Source: Mobula hypostoma
Taxonomy: Eukaryota
Assembly: GCF_963921235.1 (NCBI RefSeq)
Contig: NC_086108.1
Span: 23,064,001 to 23,128,000 of the forward strand
Length of the DNA stretch: 64,000 nucleotides
Reading direction: 5' to 3'
Part shown: positions 1 to 13,358 of the stretch, piece after piece
Position numbering within the stretch: position 1 is the first letter of the stretch
Layout of the letters: the number at the start of each line of letters is the position of its first letter
Notes under the pieces: generated by a model
What the model was told of the DNA's origin: nothing
The model's input: only the letters and a program-made list of their open reading frames with translations
The model's database searches: none
Program-made: the position numbers and the translations under genes

Positions 1-469
1 GCGTGACGGCCTCATTTTCAGCATGGCATCCAGTCCATCCCCATCAGGTTTTCTACTTCTTAACAGCATACCCAACCAGTTTCCCTCCACCACCACCCTC
101 CTCCATCTAGCAGAACTGGTTTCCACCCTTAGCAACTTCTCTTTTGGCTGCTCTCACTTTCTTCGGACCAAAGGTGTAGCCATGGACATTCACATGGGCC
201 ACAGCAATGCCTGCTTTTTTTCCGTCAGCTCTGTGGAACAGTCCATGTTACAAGCCTACACTGTTAACACTCCCAATCCCTTACTGCACTACACTGATGA
301 CTGCACTGGTGCTGTTCCCTACACCCATGTAGAGTTCAAGTATTTCATCAACTTCGCCTTCAACTTCCATCCTGCTCTCAAATTCACTCAGTCCATCTCT
401 GACACCTTCCTCCCCTCTCTTTCTCTATCTCTCACAGACAGATCATCCACCGACAACTTTTACAGGACC
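1..469 (+). mobile_element. Penelope-like element, degenerate RT core (first part)
   Basis: ORF 23..499: LAELVSTLSNFSF..HFLRTKGVAM..MG, YTDD (for YIDD), FINFAFNFHPALKFT are Penelope-type RT motifs; interrupted by the hAT element at 478. Confidence 0.85.
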
Positions 470-477
470 ACTTACTC

Positions 478-2666
478 TGGTGGTCACCAACCTTTTTAAG
501 CCCAAGATCACCCACCTCGACCTTAGTGAAAGGCAAGATCTACCTACTAAATCGTTTAGAGAAAAAAACAGCTCAGATTGTACTTCCAATTTGAGGCCTT
601 TTATTTGGGCAAATTGTATTTGAATTACACAAAATATTTTTGTCAAACTTTCAAATTAATTCAAACAGGAAAACACTGTAACTAGCATATCAAACAGGCC
701 ATAGCTGTCTTTCTTTAAGAATATTACAATACTTCACACCTTTAATTCTGTTTCATTATTTAATTTTATTTCAACACGAAAAATAAATGAATAAAAATTG
801 ACTGTTACACTCAGTGTGATGACTGGGGCTTAATACTTTCTGCTAGTTCCCTGAAATTTGGCTCATAACTACAGACAGCCAGTCTGAGACAATGTGAGGT
901 GTAGGGTTACCAACTGTCCCATATTCCCCCCGCTAAGGTACAGCGTTCCTATGAAACCTTTCGTGCCGAAATGCTTTACGCCGAAGAAGCAATTACCATT
1001 AATTTATATGGAAAAAAATTTTGAGCGTTCCCAGACCCAAAAAAGTAACCTACCAAATCATACCAAACAACACATAAAACCTAAAATAACACTAACATAT
1101 AGTAAAAGCAGGAATAATATGATAAATACATAGTCTATATAAAGCAGAAATAATGAAAATTAAGCCAAAACTGATTCGTGGTGTTAAAAAATTGGCACGC
1201 ATGCGCACACAGGTGCCCGCGCAAGGCTTCATGGTCATGGCAGTCTTTCTCGGGGTGAACACAAATGTCCCGGGATCTGACTGCTACTTTTGTCCGTTAT
1301 TTGGGAGTGAAAAGGTTGGCAACCCTGTCAGTAAGTCAGCTCCTGTACTTAGATTTAATAATTTTCATCTGTGAAAATGCAATTTCACATAGTAGTGACC
1401 CGAAGTAGACACTGACTTTCAGTGCTATAACCGCGCATTGCTCGGCCCCATCAGTAGTAATTGCCACCAGTTTATGAATGGGGATGTCATTTTCACGGAC
1501 ATATTTTTTAAACTCATTGTAAATATCCTCACCTCTCGTTCTTTCCTTTAATTGCAAAAGAGTGAGGAAGCCCTCCTTTGTTGTAAAATCCTGGAAAGCC
1601 ATTCTGACAAATACAACAAGCTGAGCTGTTTGCATTACATCCAGGGATTCATCGAACTATAGTGAAAAATGTTCACGTCCTCTGACCTCCTTGTCACTGT
1701 TGCAGGGCCAAGCGGTTGTGATGTCGTTTTTGTTTTTAAAGTCATTAAAAACAGTCTCTGCGGTAATGGCCATTGCTTCCTTGAATAAATCGCCATCTGT
1801 AAAAGGCTCCTTGTGTTTAGCCAAAAGGTGACTTACACGAAATGATGCTTCAATAGCAGCCTTATTTTGAGCGGCATGTTTTGTGAAAAACGATTGCTGG
1901 GCCTTCAACCCCTATTTCAGCTCAACTTTCCAGACACGAATTATGCTTTTTGTGGGGTAGGTGTCTTTAAGTTCCTGGTGTCTGGTGTGGTGGTGCCACT
2001 CCAGATTCCCTCTTTTAGTCAGTGCTTGTGTTTGGTGGCACAACGTACATACACACTTGTCTTTCACCAAGGTAAATAGAAATTCCTCTTCCCATTCTGG
2101 ATGGAATTTGTATGTTTTCGCCTACTTTCATGGAGCTTCCCCCATGCTATCAGGATTTCACGAGCGAGTGCTGATTGCATCACCTCTGATCTGAGCCGAC
2201 ATTCACCTAATTAATTAGCTTGTTTATTTCGGCTTTTTTTCTTGAAGATGTGCTGTGTGCATCCCGACTACCGCTGCACCACTGCATGCTTCGCGACCCG
2301 GAGGTTGGGGACAGTGCTGTATATAGATGTTTGCGACAGTCTGTACTGTTACCCAATCTGATTGGTCACTTTGATGCAGCACAGGCTACGCTGAAAACAC
2401 GGTGCATGGCGGGGGTGCTACATACATGCACACTGGGCAGAAAGAACGGAACTAAACCTGCGCAACCCGGAAACAATCTCTCTTTACAAACAGCTTTTTA
2501 GTGAAAATATTGCTGTATTACCATTATCCTAATTAGTATTACTTACTTTTATAATGCTCACATTACAACAGTATTTGCGTATTTATTTTTGATTTTTCTT
2601 CGGGATCGACTGGGAAAGTCTCAAAGATCAACCAGTCGATCGCGATTGACAGGTTGGCGACCTCTA
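478..2666 (-). mobile_element. hAT-Charlie (GTF2IRD2/SPIN-like) DNA transposon, internally deleted and degenerate
   Basis: Imperfect 16-bp TIRs tggtggtcaccaacct / aggttggcgacctcta; perfect 8-bp TSD acttactc (470-477, 2667-2674); transposase fragments TAQLVVFVR, ITTDGA, FSQMKIIKSKYRS, HLLAKHKEPFTDG. Confidence 0.93.
902..1327. mobile_element. Nested non-autonomous DNA transposon (hAT-like TIRs) inside the Charlie element
   Basis: TIRs tagggttaccaac / gttggcaaccctg; splits the transposase C-terminus (KYRS*LTD | ..CLRLAVCSYEPNF); no clean TSD. Confidence 0.7.
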
Positions 2667-2699
2667 ACTTACTCCAACAATGACTTTAACTACCTTAAT

Positions 2700-3838
2700 T
2701 TCCTTAACTTATTGACTATACTCAGCATTTAACACCATCATTCCTACAGTCCTGTTTGAAAAGCCCCAGAAAACCTAGGCCTCTGTACCTTCCTCTGCAA
2801 CTGGATCCTCGACTTCCTAACCGGAAGACCACAATGTGTGCGGATTGGAAATAATATCTTATCCTTGCTGACAGTCAACACTAACACACCTCAGGGGTGT
2901 GTGCTAAGCCCACTGCTCTACTCTCTCTGAACCCCTGGTTGTGTGGCTAGACACAGCTCAAACAGCATCTAAATTTGCTGATGATACAACCACTGTTGGC
3001 AGAACTTCAGATGATGATGGAAGAGCATACAGGAGTGAGACGTACCAGTTAGTTGAATGGTGATGCAGCAACAACCTTGCACTCAACATCAGCAAGCTGA
3101 TTGTGGACTTCAGAAAGCGTAAGATGAGGGAACACAAACCAATCCTCACAGAGGGATCAGAAGTGCAGAGAGTGAGCAGTTTCAAATTCCTGAGTGTTAG
3201 TATCTCTGATGACTTATCATATTGATGCAGCTAGAAAGGAGGCAAGACAGTAGCTATATTTCATCAGGAGTTTGAGGAGATTTGGTTTGTCAACTAAAAC
3301 ACTCAAAAACATTCACAAATATTCTGTGGAGAGCATTCTGTCTGGCTGCATCACCTTCTAGTATGGGGGGGGGCGGGTGGCTTCTGCACAAGATTGAAAT
3401 ACGTTGCATAAACTTGTAAAATTAGTCAGCTTTATCATGGGTACAGCTTCCGTCTCCGTGGTATCCAAGACATCTTCAAGGAGTGGTGCCTTAGGAAGGC
3501 GGCTTCCATCTTTAAGAATTGCCTCTTCACACTGTTACTGTCAGGAACGAGGTTCAGAAGCCTGAAGGCACACACCCAGGGATTCAGGAACAGCTTCTTT
3601 CCCTCTACCATCCAATTTCTAAATGGACATTGAACGCATAAACACACTTCACTACTTTTTATTTCTGTTATTTTGCTCTACTTATTTTAACGTAACTATT
3701 TAATAGACACATATATATATATACTTAATGTAACTCAGTTTTTTCTCTATATTTATTTATCATGTATTTAATTGTACTATTACTGTAAAGATAACAAAGT
3801 CCATGACCTATGCCAGTGATATTAAATCTGATTCTGAT
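2700..3838 (+). mobile_element. Rex1/Babar-type LINE, 5'-truncated and degenerate
   Basis: DYx[35 protein letters not shown] motifs; tail attaaatctgattctga. Confidence 0.8.
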
Positions 3839-3844
3839 GAATAT

Positions 3845-5530
3845 AAAACCTCTTCCCTTTCTGTACCTTGCAAGAACACTATTCCCTTCTCTCATTTCCT
3901 CCATTTCTGCTGCATCTGATCTCATGATAAGAGTTCTCATTTGAGGACATCAAAATATCCTCTTCTTTTCAGAGAATGGAGTTTTCCCTCATTGCTAGTA
4001 ATGTAGTCCTCAGGTACATCTCCTCCATTTTCTACACATCTGCTCTCATCCTATCTGCCCCCTGATATAACAAGGATGGGGTTTCTTTATCCTCACCTAC
4101 CACTCCACAAGCCTCTGCATCAAAAGCACCATTCTCTGCAAGTTCCAACATCTCTAATGGGATCTTACCACCAAGCACATCTTCCCATTTCCTCTCCTCT
4201 CTACGTTCTAAGGAATCAGTCTCCATGACTCCCTTGACCAATCTACCTCATATTGATTCCCCTCGGTATTTATCCCCACAAGCATGTTAATTATTACGTC
4301 TGCCCCCACACTTCCGCCCTGACCACTATTCAAGGCATTAAGCAGAACGGATGTAGCTGTTCACCTGTAAATCCATCAGTGTTATATATTGCATCCAATT
4401 TTCTTGGTGTAATGAGTTCTTCAGGACGGAGAGCATTAGGATCTGAGGTTTTTAGAGAACTGAATTGGTTAATTGTTGTTTAATGAGTGTCATTAATCAT
4501 TTAGAGTTCCTTGTGTTTTCCTTGAGTGACTCGCTCTTTGTAAAATGGTCTCCTGGTGCCTTCTGTTTAAACTGATGAAGTTTACTTTCATAGATTCAGG
4601 GATTTCAAGTTCCTTGTACTATTTAAGGAGATGCCTAATTAGCATCAATTGCTGGGTCCTAGTTTTGAGAATATTACTTCTCATGATATCGCTTGTCCGA
4701 GCCATTGATGTTCTTTTGGAATTATTTTGAATAAACTTTCATCACCATCTCTACATCAGGAAATCAGTCTTTCCTCTGCATTTGGGTTCCAATGTTGCCA
4801 GTGCATATCGTGATACTTGGTAGTGCTTCCTCTACATCATCGCAACCCGATGCTGACGGTGGTCCAGTTTGATGAACACTTTCATTCCGTCTGTCACTAC
4901 AGCCAGGATCTCCCAGTGGCTGGGTATTTTAATTCCATCCCCTATTGCCACACTGACCTGTCTGTCCATGGTCTCTTCCACTCCCATGTTGATGTCAGAC
5001 ACAGGTTGGAGGAGCAACACCTCATCTTCTATCCTGTTAGTCCCTATCCAGATGGCAGCAACACTGATTTCTCTAATTTTCAGTAACCACTTCTCCCTGT
5101 TCTCCCTCCTTCTTCCTACTTGTTTTCTCTTATTCTTGTGACCCAGCCTATACCTTCTCTCCCCTCCCTCACTTTCATGACCTGCCCATCACCTTCACCT
5201 TCCTCCCTCCAGCTTCCTACCTTTTTCCCTTTATTTCATGGCCTACTGTGCTCTCTTAGCTGATTCCTTCCTCCTCAGGCCTTTGCTACTTCCACTCAAC
5301 ACCTCACAGCTTCTCACATCTCCTTTTCCCTCTCTCTCTCTCCCCCCTTGCTTCCCCATACTCATCTGGATTTACCCATCACCTGCCAGCTCGTGCTCCT
5401 TCCTCTCCCACTACTTTGTTATTCTGGCTTCCTTGCCAGTCCTGATGAAAGGACTCGACCTGAAATGTTGATGGTTCATTTTCCTCTATAGATGTGGCTT
5501 CCTCCAGCACATTGTAGGTATTGATCTGGT
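3845..5530 (+). mobile_element. Penelope-like element, second part (thumb, GIY-YIG endonuclease, pyrimidine-rich 3' region); 4410-4825 unassigned
   Basis: CKNTIPFSHFL, PVAGYFNS..HTDLSVHGL, RLEEQHLIF..PDG.NTDFSNF; degenerate ctgatga..gaaa core at about 5443-5465. Confidence 0.8.
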
Positions 5531-5561
5531 GAATTTGTTGGTAGCTGTGTGAACTTCATTC

Positions 5562-6140
5562 CATATAACCATATAACAATTACAGCACGGAAACAGGCCA
5601 TCTCGACCTTTCTAGTCTGTGCCGAACGCTTACTCTCACCTCATCCCACCGACCTGCACTCAGCCCATAACCCTCCATTCCTTTCGTGTCCATATAGCTA
5701 CCCAATTTTACTTTAAATGACAATATCGAACCTGCCTCGACCACTTCTGCTGGAAGCTCGTTCCACACAGCTACCACTCTCTGAGTAAAGAAGTTCCCCC
5801 TCATATTACCCCTAAACTTTTGTCCCCTAACTCTCAACTCATGTCCTCTTGTTTGAATCTCCCCTACTCTCAATGGAAATAGCCTATCCACGTCAACTCC
5901 ATCTATCCCCCTCATAATTTTAAATGCCTCTATTAAGTCCCCCCTCAACCTTCTATGCTCCAAAGAATAAAGACCCAACTTGTTCAACCTTTCTCTGTAA
6001 CTTAGGTGATGAAACCCAGGTAACGTTCCAGTAAATCTTCTCTGCACTCTCTCTATTTTGTTGACATCTTTTCTATAATTCGGTGACTAGAAGTGTACAC
6101 AATACTCCAAATTTGGCCTTACCAATGACTTGTACAATTC
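5562..6140 (-). mobile_element. CR1 LINE 3' end
   Basis: ORF 5580..6047 YRERLNKLGLYSLE.RRLRGDLIE, RGNFFTQRVVAVWNELP; (ttatatgg)n tail; same subfamily as 51405-52265. Confidence 0.93.
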
Positions 6141-6606
6141 CATTTAAACCTTACTGCTGTTGTGAGGCTGACAATAGCTACATCTGCAAGGAGGACCTCC
6201 ACACCCAGGCATTCAGCCATCAAGTCCATTGCTTTAAAAGGAAAGTTCCGAGACAACATCCGATCCAATCAGCAGTGAACCCTACAGTGCAGCATTGGTA
6301 ACAAGTAATAGACAGGAAACCTTTTGTGTTCCTGAAGACTTGACCAAAAGTTTAGGTAACTTTGTGGGCTGCTTTACAGACTATATGTGTGGAGGAGGTG
6401 ATTTGGGCTGTCCTAAGATAACAGTGAAAGACAATAAACAAAATATTTAATGCTTCCCAACCTCCAAAAGCCCAGGGAAGGCATGGAATTTGGATGACAT
6501 TACTGGTGTCACCATTACCAGGCTATGGAGGCTAAAATCTGTACCTGCTTTCACTGTCACTTCCACTTTGTTGTGAAGATGAATTGACTCCATGCCACTC
6601 AGTGAT

Positions 6607-6935
6607 CAAAATCAGGTTTAATATCCTGGGTGTATGTCGTGAAATTTGTTGATATGCAGCAGTAGTATATTGCAATAGATAGTAATAAAAACCTGTGAAT
6701 TACAGTAAGAAGTATATATATTTATAAAATAAAGTTAAGTAAGTAGTGCAAACAAAAAGTAGTGAGGTAGTGTTCATGGGTTCAATGCCCATTCAGAAAC
6801 CGGATGGTAGAGGGGAAGGAACTGTTCCTGAGATGTTGAGAGTGTGCCTTCAGGTAGCGATGAGAAGAGGGCATGTTCTGAGCGTTGGAGGTCGTTAATG
6901 ATGAATGCCACCTTCCTGAGGCATTGCTCCCTGCC
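6607..6935 (-). mobile_element. Rex1/Babar LINE 3' fragment
   Basis: Reverse complement resembles the 3' end of 2700-3838 (ctcaggaaggtggca.., gatattaaacctgattttga). Confidence 0.65.
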
Positions 6936-7139
6936 ACCCAGTGATTAATAACATGGCTCAATGGAGATTAGGGTGAGCACTGCTCCCTATCATTTCCAGG
7001 GCAGTGTATGAGTCCATGGAACTGGGGTAGAACATTGGGAAGAGCCCCTCTGAAGAAGTTTGTAATCTAAAATAATAATCAAAGTCATCGATCAATATGG
7101 CATGGCTATGGACCCTTCAGCTTAAGCTGTGCTTGCTGC

Positions 7140-7822
7140 CCAAGGTACCCACTCAGCTAGTCTGAATTTCCTGCATTCTGCCCACATCCCTTTAAGCCGC
7201 ACCCTTCCATGTGTCTATCCAAGTGCTTCTTAACAGATAATATTGTACCTACTTCAACTCCTTCTTATTTCATATACTCACAACCCTCTACATGAATAAG
7301 TTGCCCCTTGAGTCCCTTTTAGGTCTCCCCCCCACCTTAGTTTTGGAATTTATTAAGATTGTTAAAATCCATCTTAATTCCCACCTCTACTGAAAGAAAT
7401 TTGCACATTCTTCCTGTGACTGCGTGGGTTTCCTCCGGGTGCTCTGGTATCCTCCCACAGTCCAAGGATGTACCGGTTAATTGGTCAATGCAAATTGTCC
7501 AATGATTATGCTAGGATTAAATTGCCGGGCAGCACGTCTCGAAGGGCCAGAAGGGCCTATTTCACGCTTTATTTCAACAAATTATGACCCTCATAATTTT
7601 AAACATTTCCATAAGCTCACTCCTTATTCTCTGACATTGTAAGGAATAGAGATTTAACTTGGCCAGGCTTTTCCTGTAACTTGGGGCCCCTCGTTCTGGC
7701 AACATGCTCAGAAATCTTTTCTGTGCTATTTCCAGTTTAACCAGGTCTCTCTTGTAACAGTGACCAAACCTATGCACAGTACTCCAAGTGTGACCTCACT
7801 AATGACGTATACAACCGCAACA
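7140..7822 (-). mobile_element. Degenerate CR1 3' fragment with nested tRNA-SINE body (about 7400-7570, + strand)
   Basis: ORF 7574..7777 CR1 C-terminal motifs; SINE core gtgactgcgtgggtttcctccgggtgctctggt. Confidence 0.7.
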
Positions 7823-8299
7823 ATAAGTAAGAGTTTAAATGATCTACAGTAGTCACTGATAGTATTACCAACTTTTTAGCACCATGTGAAATATTTCAGA
7901 TTTAATAGGCAGGATATGTGGGAGCTTGCCCTGTCTGTAGGCAGCTGAGCCAAAAACTGAATGTTTAGAATGACGTGCAGGAAGTGACGAGAATTTCTCA
8001 GTGTTGTTGGACTTCACACTTACACTTACAATAATTTTCCAGGTGTTTTCTGTCTCAGAGGATTTAAAAGCTCTACTCCTGCCATTGCAGTTATAATCCA
8101 GCCTTACGGTCATTTCCTAGCCTTAACAGACACTCGCTGATTATTCACTGTCAGATACTAGTTATATCAAATTATTTCAGTCACACCTGAACATGATGTC
8201 CATACACAAGTCATTGCTGTGATACCCCACTCTTTGTTGTAGTCCTTTAGCCATTTCAGTAATCTTACACGTATCACTGGCATACTGTAGCCATTGCAG

Positions 8300-8660
8300 T
8301 CAAGCAGCAGCCATTTTGGTAGTACTGTATTACAGCCACACTCCAGCTGTTACAGTCACACTTTACCCAGTATCATCACACTCTAGTCATTACAGTCAAT
8401 CTGCATCCCCCATTATAGTCACTCCCAAGCCATTACAGTCACACTATACCCAGTATCATCGCACTCTAGTCATTACAGTCAATCTGCATCCCCCATTATT
8501 GTCACTCCCTAGCCATTACAGTCACACTGCTACATCTGTTACACTCTAGCCATAAGTCACATTCCAGCTTTTGCAGTCATCCTCCAACTCTTACAATCAT
8601 ACTACACTTATTGTTGTCACACTCCAGCCATTACAATCCCATTCTAGCCATTGCAGCTAC
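8300..8660. repeat. Degenerate ~20-21 bp minisatellite (cattacagtcacactctagc-like) with 83-bp higher-order duplication
   Basis: tacagtcacact recurs at 8351, 8434, 8517 (period 83) with near-identical intervening sequence. Confidence 0.85.
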
Positions 8661-8974
8661 ATGCCAGGTAGTAAACCTATTAACTCTGTAGGATTTTGTG
8701 CATAAAACATGCAGGTCATTTTATGTGCTTGATAAAAGCCACAGCCCTTTACTTCCATTACGAACAAAACAAAAGTGGTTTCCTTACACTAACATCATTA
8801 TGTCAGACACCATCTCTTAAAGTGAACACAGCAGCTCAATAATGGTGTTTGTGAATTATGTAGAACAGTTTCTATTCTGAACAATATGTATCATCTACCA
8901 CCCATTACATTACTCTACAACACTGTAACTTTTCCACCTGTTGCTGTTGCACTCTAGCATTGCAGTCACCTTAG

Positions 8975-11270
8975 GCTGTGAGATGTGTAATGAACTAGAT
9001 TTGATTAGAGAGCTTAAGGTAAAGGAACCCTAAGGAGCCAGTGATCATAATATGATATAATTTACCCTACAATTTGAGAGGGAGAATGTAAAGTTAAATG
9101 TATCAGTATTGCAGTGGAGTAAAGGGAATTCCAGAGACATGAGAGAGGAGCTGACCAAAGTTGATTGGAAGGGGACACCAGCAGGGATGGTGGGAGAGCA
9201 GCAATGGCTGGAGTTTCTGGAAACAATTCAGAAGGTGTAGGATAGATACATCCCAAAGAAAAAGAAATATTCTAAAGGCAGGATAACACATCTGTAGCTG
9301 ACAAAGGAAGTCAAAGCCAATATAAATGCAAAACAGAGGACATTTAATAAAGAAGAAATTATTGGGAAGTTAGAGGATTGGGAAGCTTTTAAAAACTAAC
9401 AGGAAGCAACTAAAAATGCCATAGGGAGGGAAAAGATGAAATAAGAAGGTAAGCTAGCTAATAATATCAAAAAAGATACCAAAAATTTTTCAGATATATA
9501 AAGAATAAAAGAGAGAGGAGAGTAGATATTGGACCACTGGAAAATGACACTGGAGAGGTAGTAATGGGGGACAAGGAAATGGTGGATGTATTGTATAAGC
9601 ATTTTGCATCAGTCTTCACTGTGGAAGACTTTAAGAGTGTCTGGGGGCAGAAGTGAGTGCGGATGCTATTCCTATGGAGGTCAGAAGGTTGATAAGTCAC
9701 TAGATGGACTACATCATAGGCTTCTGAATGAGGTAGCAGAAGAGATTGTGGGGGTATTAGGTATGATATTTCAAGAATCACTAGATTCTGGCATGGTTCT
9801 GGAGAACTGGAAAGTTGCAGTTGTCACTTCACTGTGCAAGAAGGAAGGGAGGCAGAAGAAAGAAAATTTTAGGACAGTTAGCCTGACCTCAGTGGTTGGG
9901 AAGATGTTGGAGTTGATTGCTAAGGATGAGGTTTTGGGGTGCTTGAGGGCACATGATAAAGTGGGCTAAAGTCAGCATGGTTTCTTCAGCAAAGATCTTG
10001 TCTGACAAATCTGTTGTAATTCTTTGAGGAAATAACAAGCAGGATAGACAAAGGAGAATCTGTAGATGTCTTGTACTTGAATTATCAAAAGGTCTTTAAC
10101 AAGGTGCCACACATGAAGCTGCTTAGCAAGATATGAGCCAATGGTATTAGAGGAAAGATATTAGCATGATTAGAGCATTGGGTGATTGGCAGGAGGCAAA
10201 GAGTGGGAACATAGGCAGCCTTTTCTGATTGGCTACTAGTGACTAGTGGTGTTCCACAGGGGTTGATGCAGGGACCATTTCCTTTAACGTTGTACATCAA
10301 TGTTTGGATGATGGAATTGATGGCTCTGTGACCATGTTTGTGGATGATACAAAGATAGATGGCAGAGTAGGTAGTGTTGAGGAAGCAGGGAGGCTGCAGA
10401 AAGACTTAGATAGATTAGGAGAATGGACAAAAAAGTAGCAGGTGGACTACAGTGTCGGGAAGTGTATGGTCATGTACTTCGGTAGAAGGAATAAACACGT
10501 TGAGTATTTTCTAAACAAGGAGAAAATTCAAAACTCTGTGGTGTAAAGGGACTTAGGAGTCCTCATGCAGGATTCCCTGAAGGGTAATTTGTAGGTTGAG
10601 TCAGTGCTGAGGAAGACATATGCATTGTTAGCATTCATTTCAAGAGGATTAGAATATAAAAGGAAAGATGTAATGTGGAGACTTTATAATGCACTGGTGA
10701 GGCATCACTTGGAGTATTGTAAGCAGTTACGGGTCCCTTGTCTCAGAAAAGATGTACTGACATTGGAAAGAGTTCAAAGGATGTTCACAAAAATTATTCC
10801 AGGATTGAAAGACATCATATGGGGAGTTTTTGATGGCTCTTGGCTTATAGTGGCTGTAATTTAGAGGATTGAGGGAAGATCTCATTGAAACCCATTGAAT
10901 ATTGAAAGGCCACGATAGAGTGGATGTGGAAAGGATGTTTCCTACAGTGAGGGAGTATAGGGCCAGAGGGCACAGCCTCAGAATAGAGGGATATCCATTT
11001 AGAATAGAAATAAGGATGAATTTCTTTAGCTGGAGAGTTGTGAATCTGTGGAATTCATTGCCACAGGTGGCTCTGGAGGTCATTGAGTGTACTTAATGCA
11101 GAGATTGATAGATTCTTGATAAGTCAGGGCGTGAAAGGTTCAGGGGAGGAGGCAGAAGAATAGGCCTGAGAGGGAAATAGATCAACCATGATCAAATGGC
11201 AGAGCAGACTTGACGGGCTGAATGGCCTAGTTCTGTACCAATGTCTTTTGGTCTTATGTTCTTATGTTCC
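8975..11270 (+). mobile_element. CR1 LINE ORF2 relic, heavily degraded
   Basis: IFQESLDSGMVLENWKVA, NFRTVSLTSVVGKMLE, FFSWRVVNLWNSLP; tail ggtcttatgttcttatg. Confidence 0.92.
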
Positions 11271-11519
11271 ATTGTCAGTCATTGGTTACTAGAACTGGTT
11301 GATCTGATAATTAAGCATGTACTGACATTATTATATGCACTTTAATTAATGGCCTATCAAGTAATTAAGATGTCTAAAATACTCTTGGTCATGTTGTAAT
11401 TTTTACCATTACTTTATCAGTGATTCAGTGTCTGATTGCTGTATAAGCCCAATTTGTTTACTGCTGTGGTTTAGAGAAGGAAATTTACTTTCCTGAAATG
11501 TTCTGCGTTGATCTTGTCT

Positions 11520-12100
11520 CACCACTTGTTACATACACCTGTTAGGGTGCATTCTCCAGTTACCTTATAAGGTAACCGTAGCCTTCAGCCAGGAGCAGAT
11601 GTCATCAGGTGGTTCCCAACCTTCACTGAGTGTTTCGACCCTTAACCACGACACTCTCCAGTTGGTGGGCCGGCAGTGGTGGCCAAATCACTGCCTGTCT
11701 GCCCCTGGCTTCCAGTTCCCCTCCTCTCGCCTACTCCAAATCCAACAAGAGGCTCATTCTGCCTCTTCCCCCATCCTACGAACTGCTTGTTGTTTGCTCC
11801 TTTCGTCCAGGCCCAGATCTGACAACAACCGCCATGCTGATTTGGCTGGGAAACCTCTGCAGCCGATCTCCACAGGGAACAACCATGCCTGCCATCCCTT
11901 GTCTTTACACTCCTGCAGTAAGGGCTGGTACTTCAAGGCCTCTTCCCATCCCTCCAACAGCACAGTCAACTCAACCAAAATTATTTTCTTGTCTTCCGTT
12001 GACCACAGTACAATGTGGGGGCGTAGGGTTGTGTGCACCATATCCAGGAACGGCAACTTCCTTCCCACATCGACCCTCATCTCCTAGGACCTGGCCGTTA
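11520..12100 (-). mobile_element. HERO/NeSL-type (R2 group) non-LTR retrotransposon 3' end with restriction-like endonuclease
   Basis: ORF 11754..12080: TLRP(H)IVLWS..IILVELTV..KY..L..PVEIGCRGF, the RLE motif set. Confidence 0.85.
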
Positions 12101-12449
12101 GCAGCAGATTGGGCTTTGGTTGTTTGCAGTTACTTTTTAATCCATAATACAATTAGTAAATTATATTATGGATTAAAAAGTAACTGCACTTTGTCTCAAA
12201 CCACTGCACTTAAGAAGGTCTACCAGCACCTTCCCTGAACAACAGAAGACAGAAGTCAAACACTGGCCAGTTCGGCAACATCCTCATCCTGAGCTTGAAA
12301 TTGAGAAACAGACCTCAAGTATGAAATAGGATGAATACCAGTTAATTTAGTTCTAGTGGTTTTGTTTGATTAGTGACCAGGGCAACAAGATACCAGGATA
12401 CCTTTTTTGATTTTTAAAATGTCATTTTGAAATTTGTGGTGTTAAGTCC

Positions 12450-12958
12450 AGCAGTACAAATCAGTCAGGCTGTACTTGGGGATCCTATATGTTATCCTGT
12501 GTTTCTGGTCACCGCAACACAGGACAGATGTGATAGCAATAGAAAGAGTGCTGATGAAGTTCACAGGGATGTGGACTGGAATGGAGGAGATAGGCTGGGT
12601 TGATTCTCACTGAAATGAAGGAGGCTTATACAGGTTTATAAGTTGATGGGGGCATGGATAGGATAGATTGACACAGTCTTTTCTCTGAAATTAGAGGGCA
12701 TAGGTTTAAGGTGAATGAAGAGAACTTTAAAGGAGATCTGATTATCTAGTTTTCACTCAGAGGGTGGTGGGTATATGGAACAAGTTGCCAGAGGATGTGG
12801 TAGAGGCAGGTATAATGACAGCATTTAACAGGTATTTGGATAGATGACTTGGAAAGAAAGAGAGGGATACAGGACAAATGTGGGCAAATGGGATTAGTGT
12901 AGATAAGCATTATGGATGAGATGGGCTGAAGGGCCTATATTGCTCCATGTATCTGACT
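12450..12958 (+). mobile_element. CR1 3' fragment, degenerate
   Basis: ttttcactcagagggtggtgggtatatggaacaagttgcca and gggctgaagggcct tail motifs. Confidence 0.8.
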
Positions 12959-13288
12959 TTAAGTGGCTCAATGGGATTTTCTAGCTCTACCCTAACTGGC
13001 AAGCCAAGCTTTCTCTTCTGAAGGATGCCACAGTTATAAGTAGATTGCATTGGTTCCTGCATGAAATTGGAATACTGAATAGAGCTAAATCCTTTCGAAC
13101 CTGATGTGAGGCTTGTTACTGTCTGATAAGGTACTGAATGGCAAGGTATCAATTGATATTATATTGACCTTTCTGCTTCTACTGAGGTTGATAAATGCCA
13201 CTATCAGAATTCAGGTTTGCCCATCTTCCCTTCAGATGGGTCAACAATTCACCTTATACACCTCACATCTGACTCAGAAGATGTGTGG

Positions 13289-13289
13289 A

Positions 13290-13324
<35 letters not shown>

Positions 13325-13358
13325 TAAGGAGGGAGGAAGAGAGAGAGAGAGAGAGTGA
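13289..13358. repeat. (GT)n/(GA)n compound microsatellite
   Basis: Direct reading. Confidence 0.95.

Noticed and set aside
1336..1908. GTF2IRD2/EPM2AIP1-like domesticated gene
   Set aside because: Fragmented, internally deleted and bounded by TIRs and TSD; a transposon relic.
4410..4825. Unassigned segment inside the Penelope element, faint LINE RT-like stretch on the minus strand
   Set aside because: Too degraded to classify.
11599..12238. 162- and 202-aa plus-strand ORFs
   Set aside because: Antisense to the HERO element coding strand.
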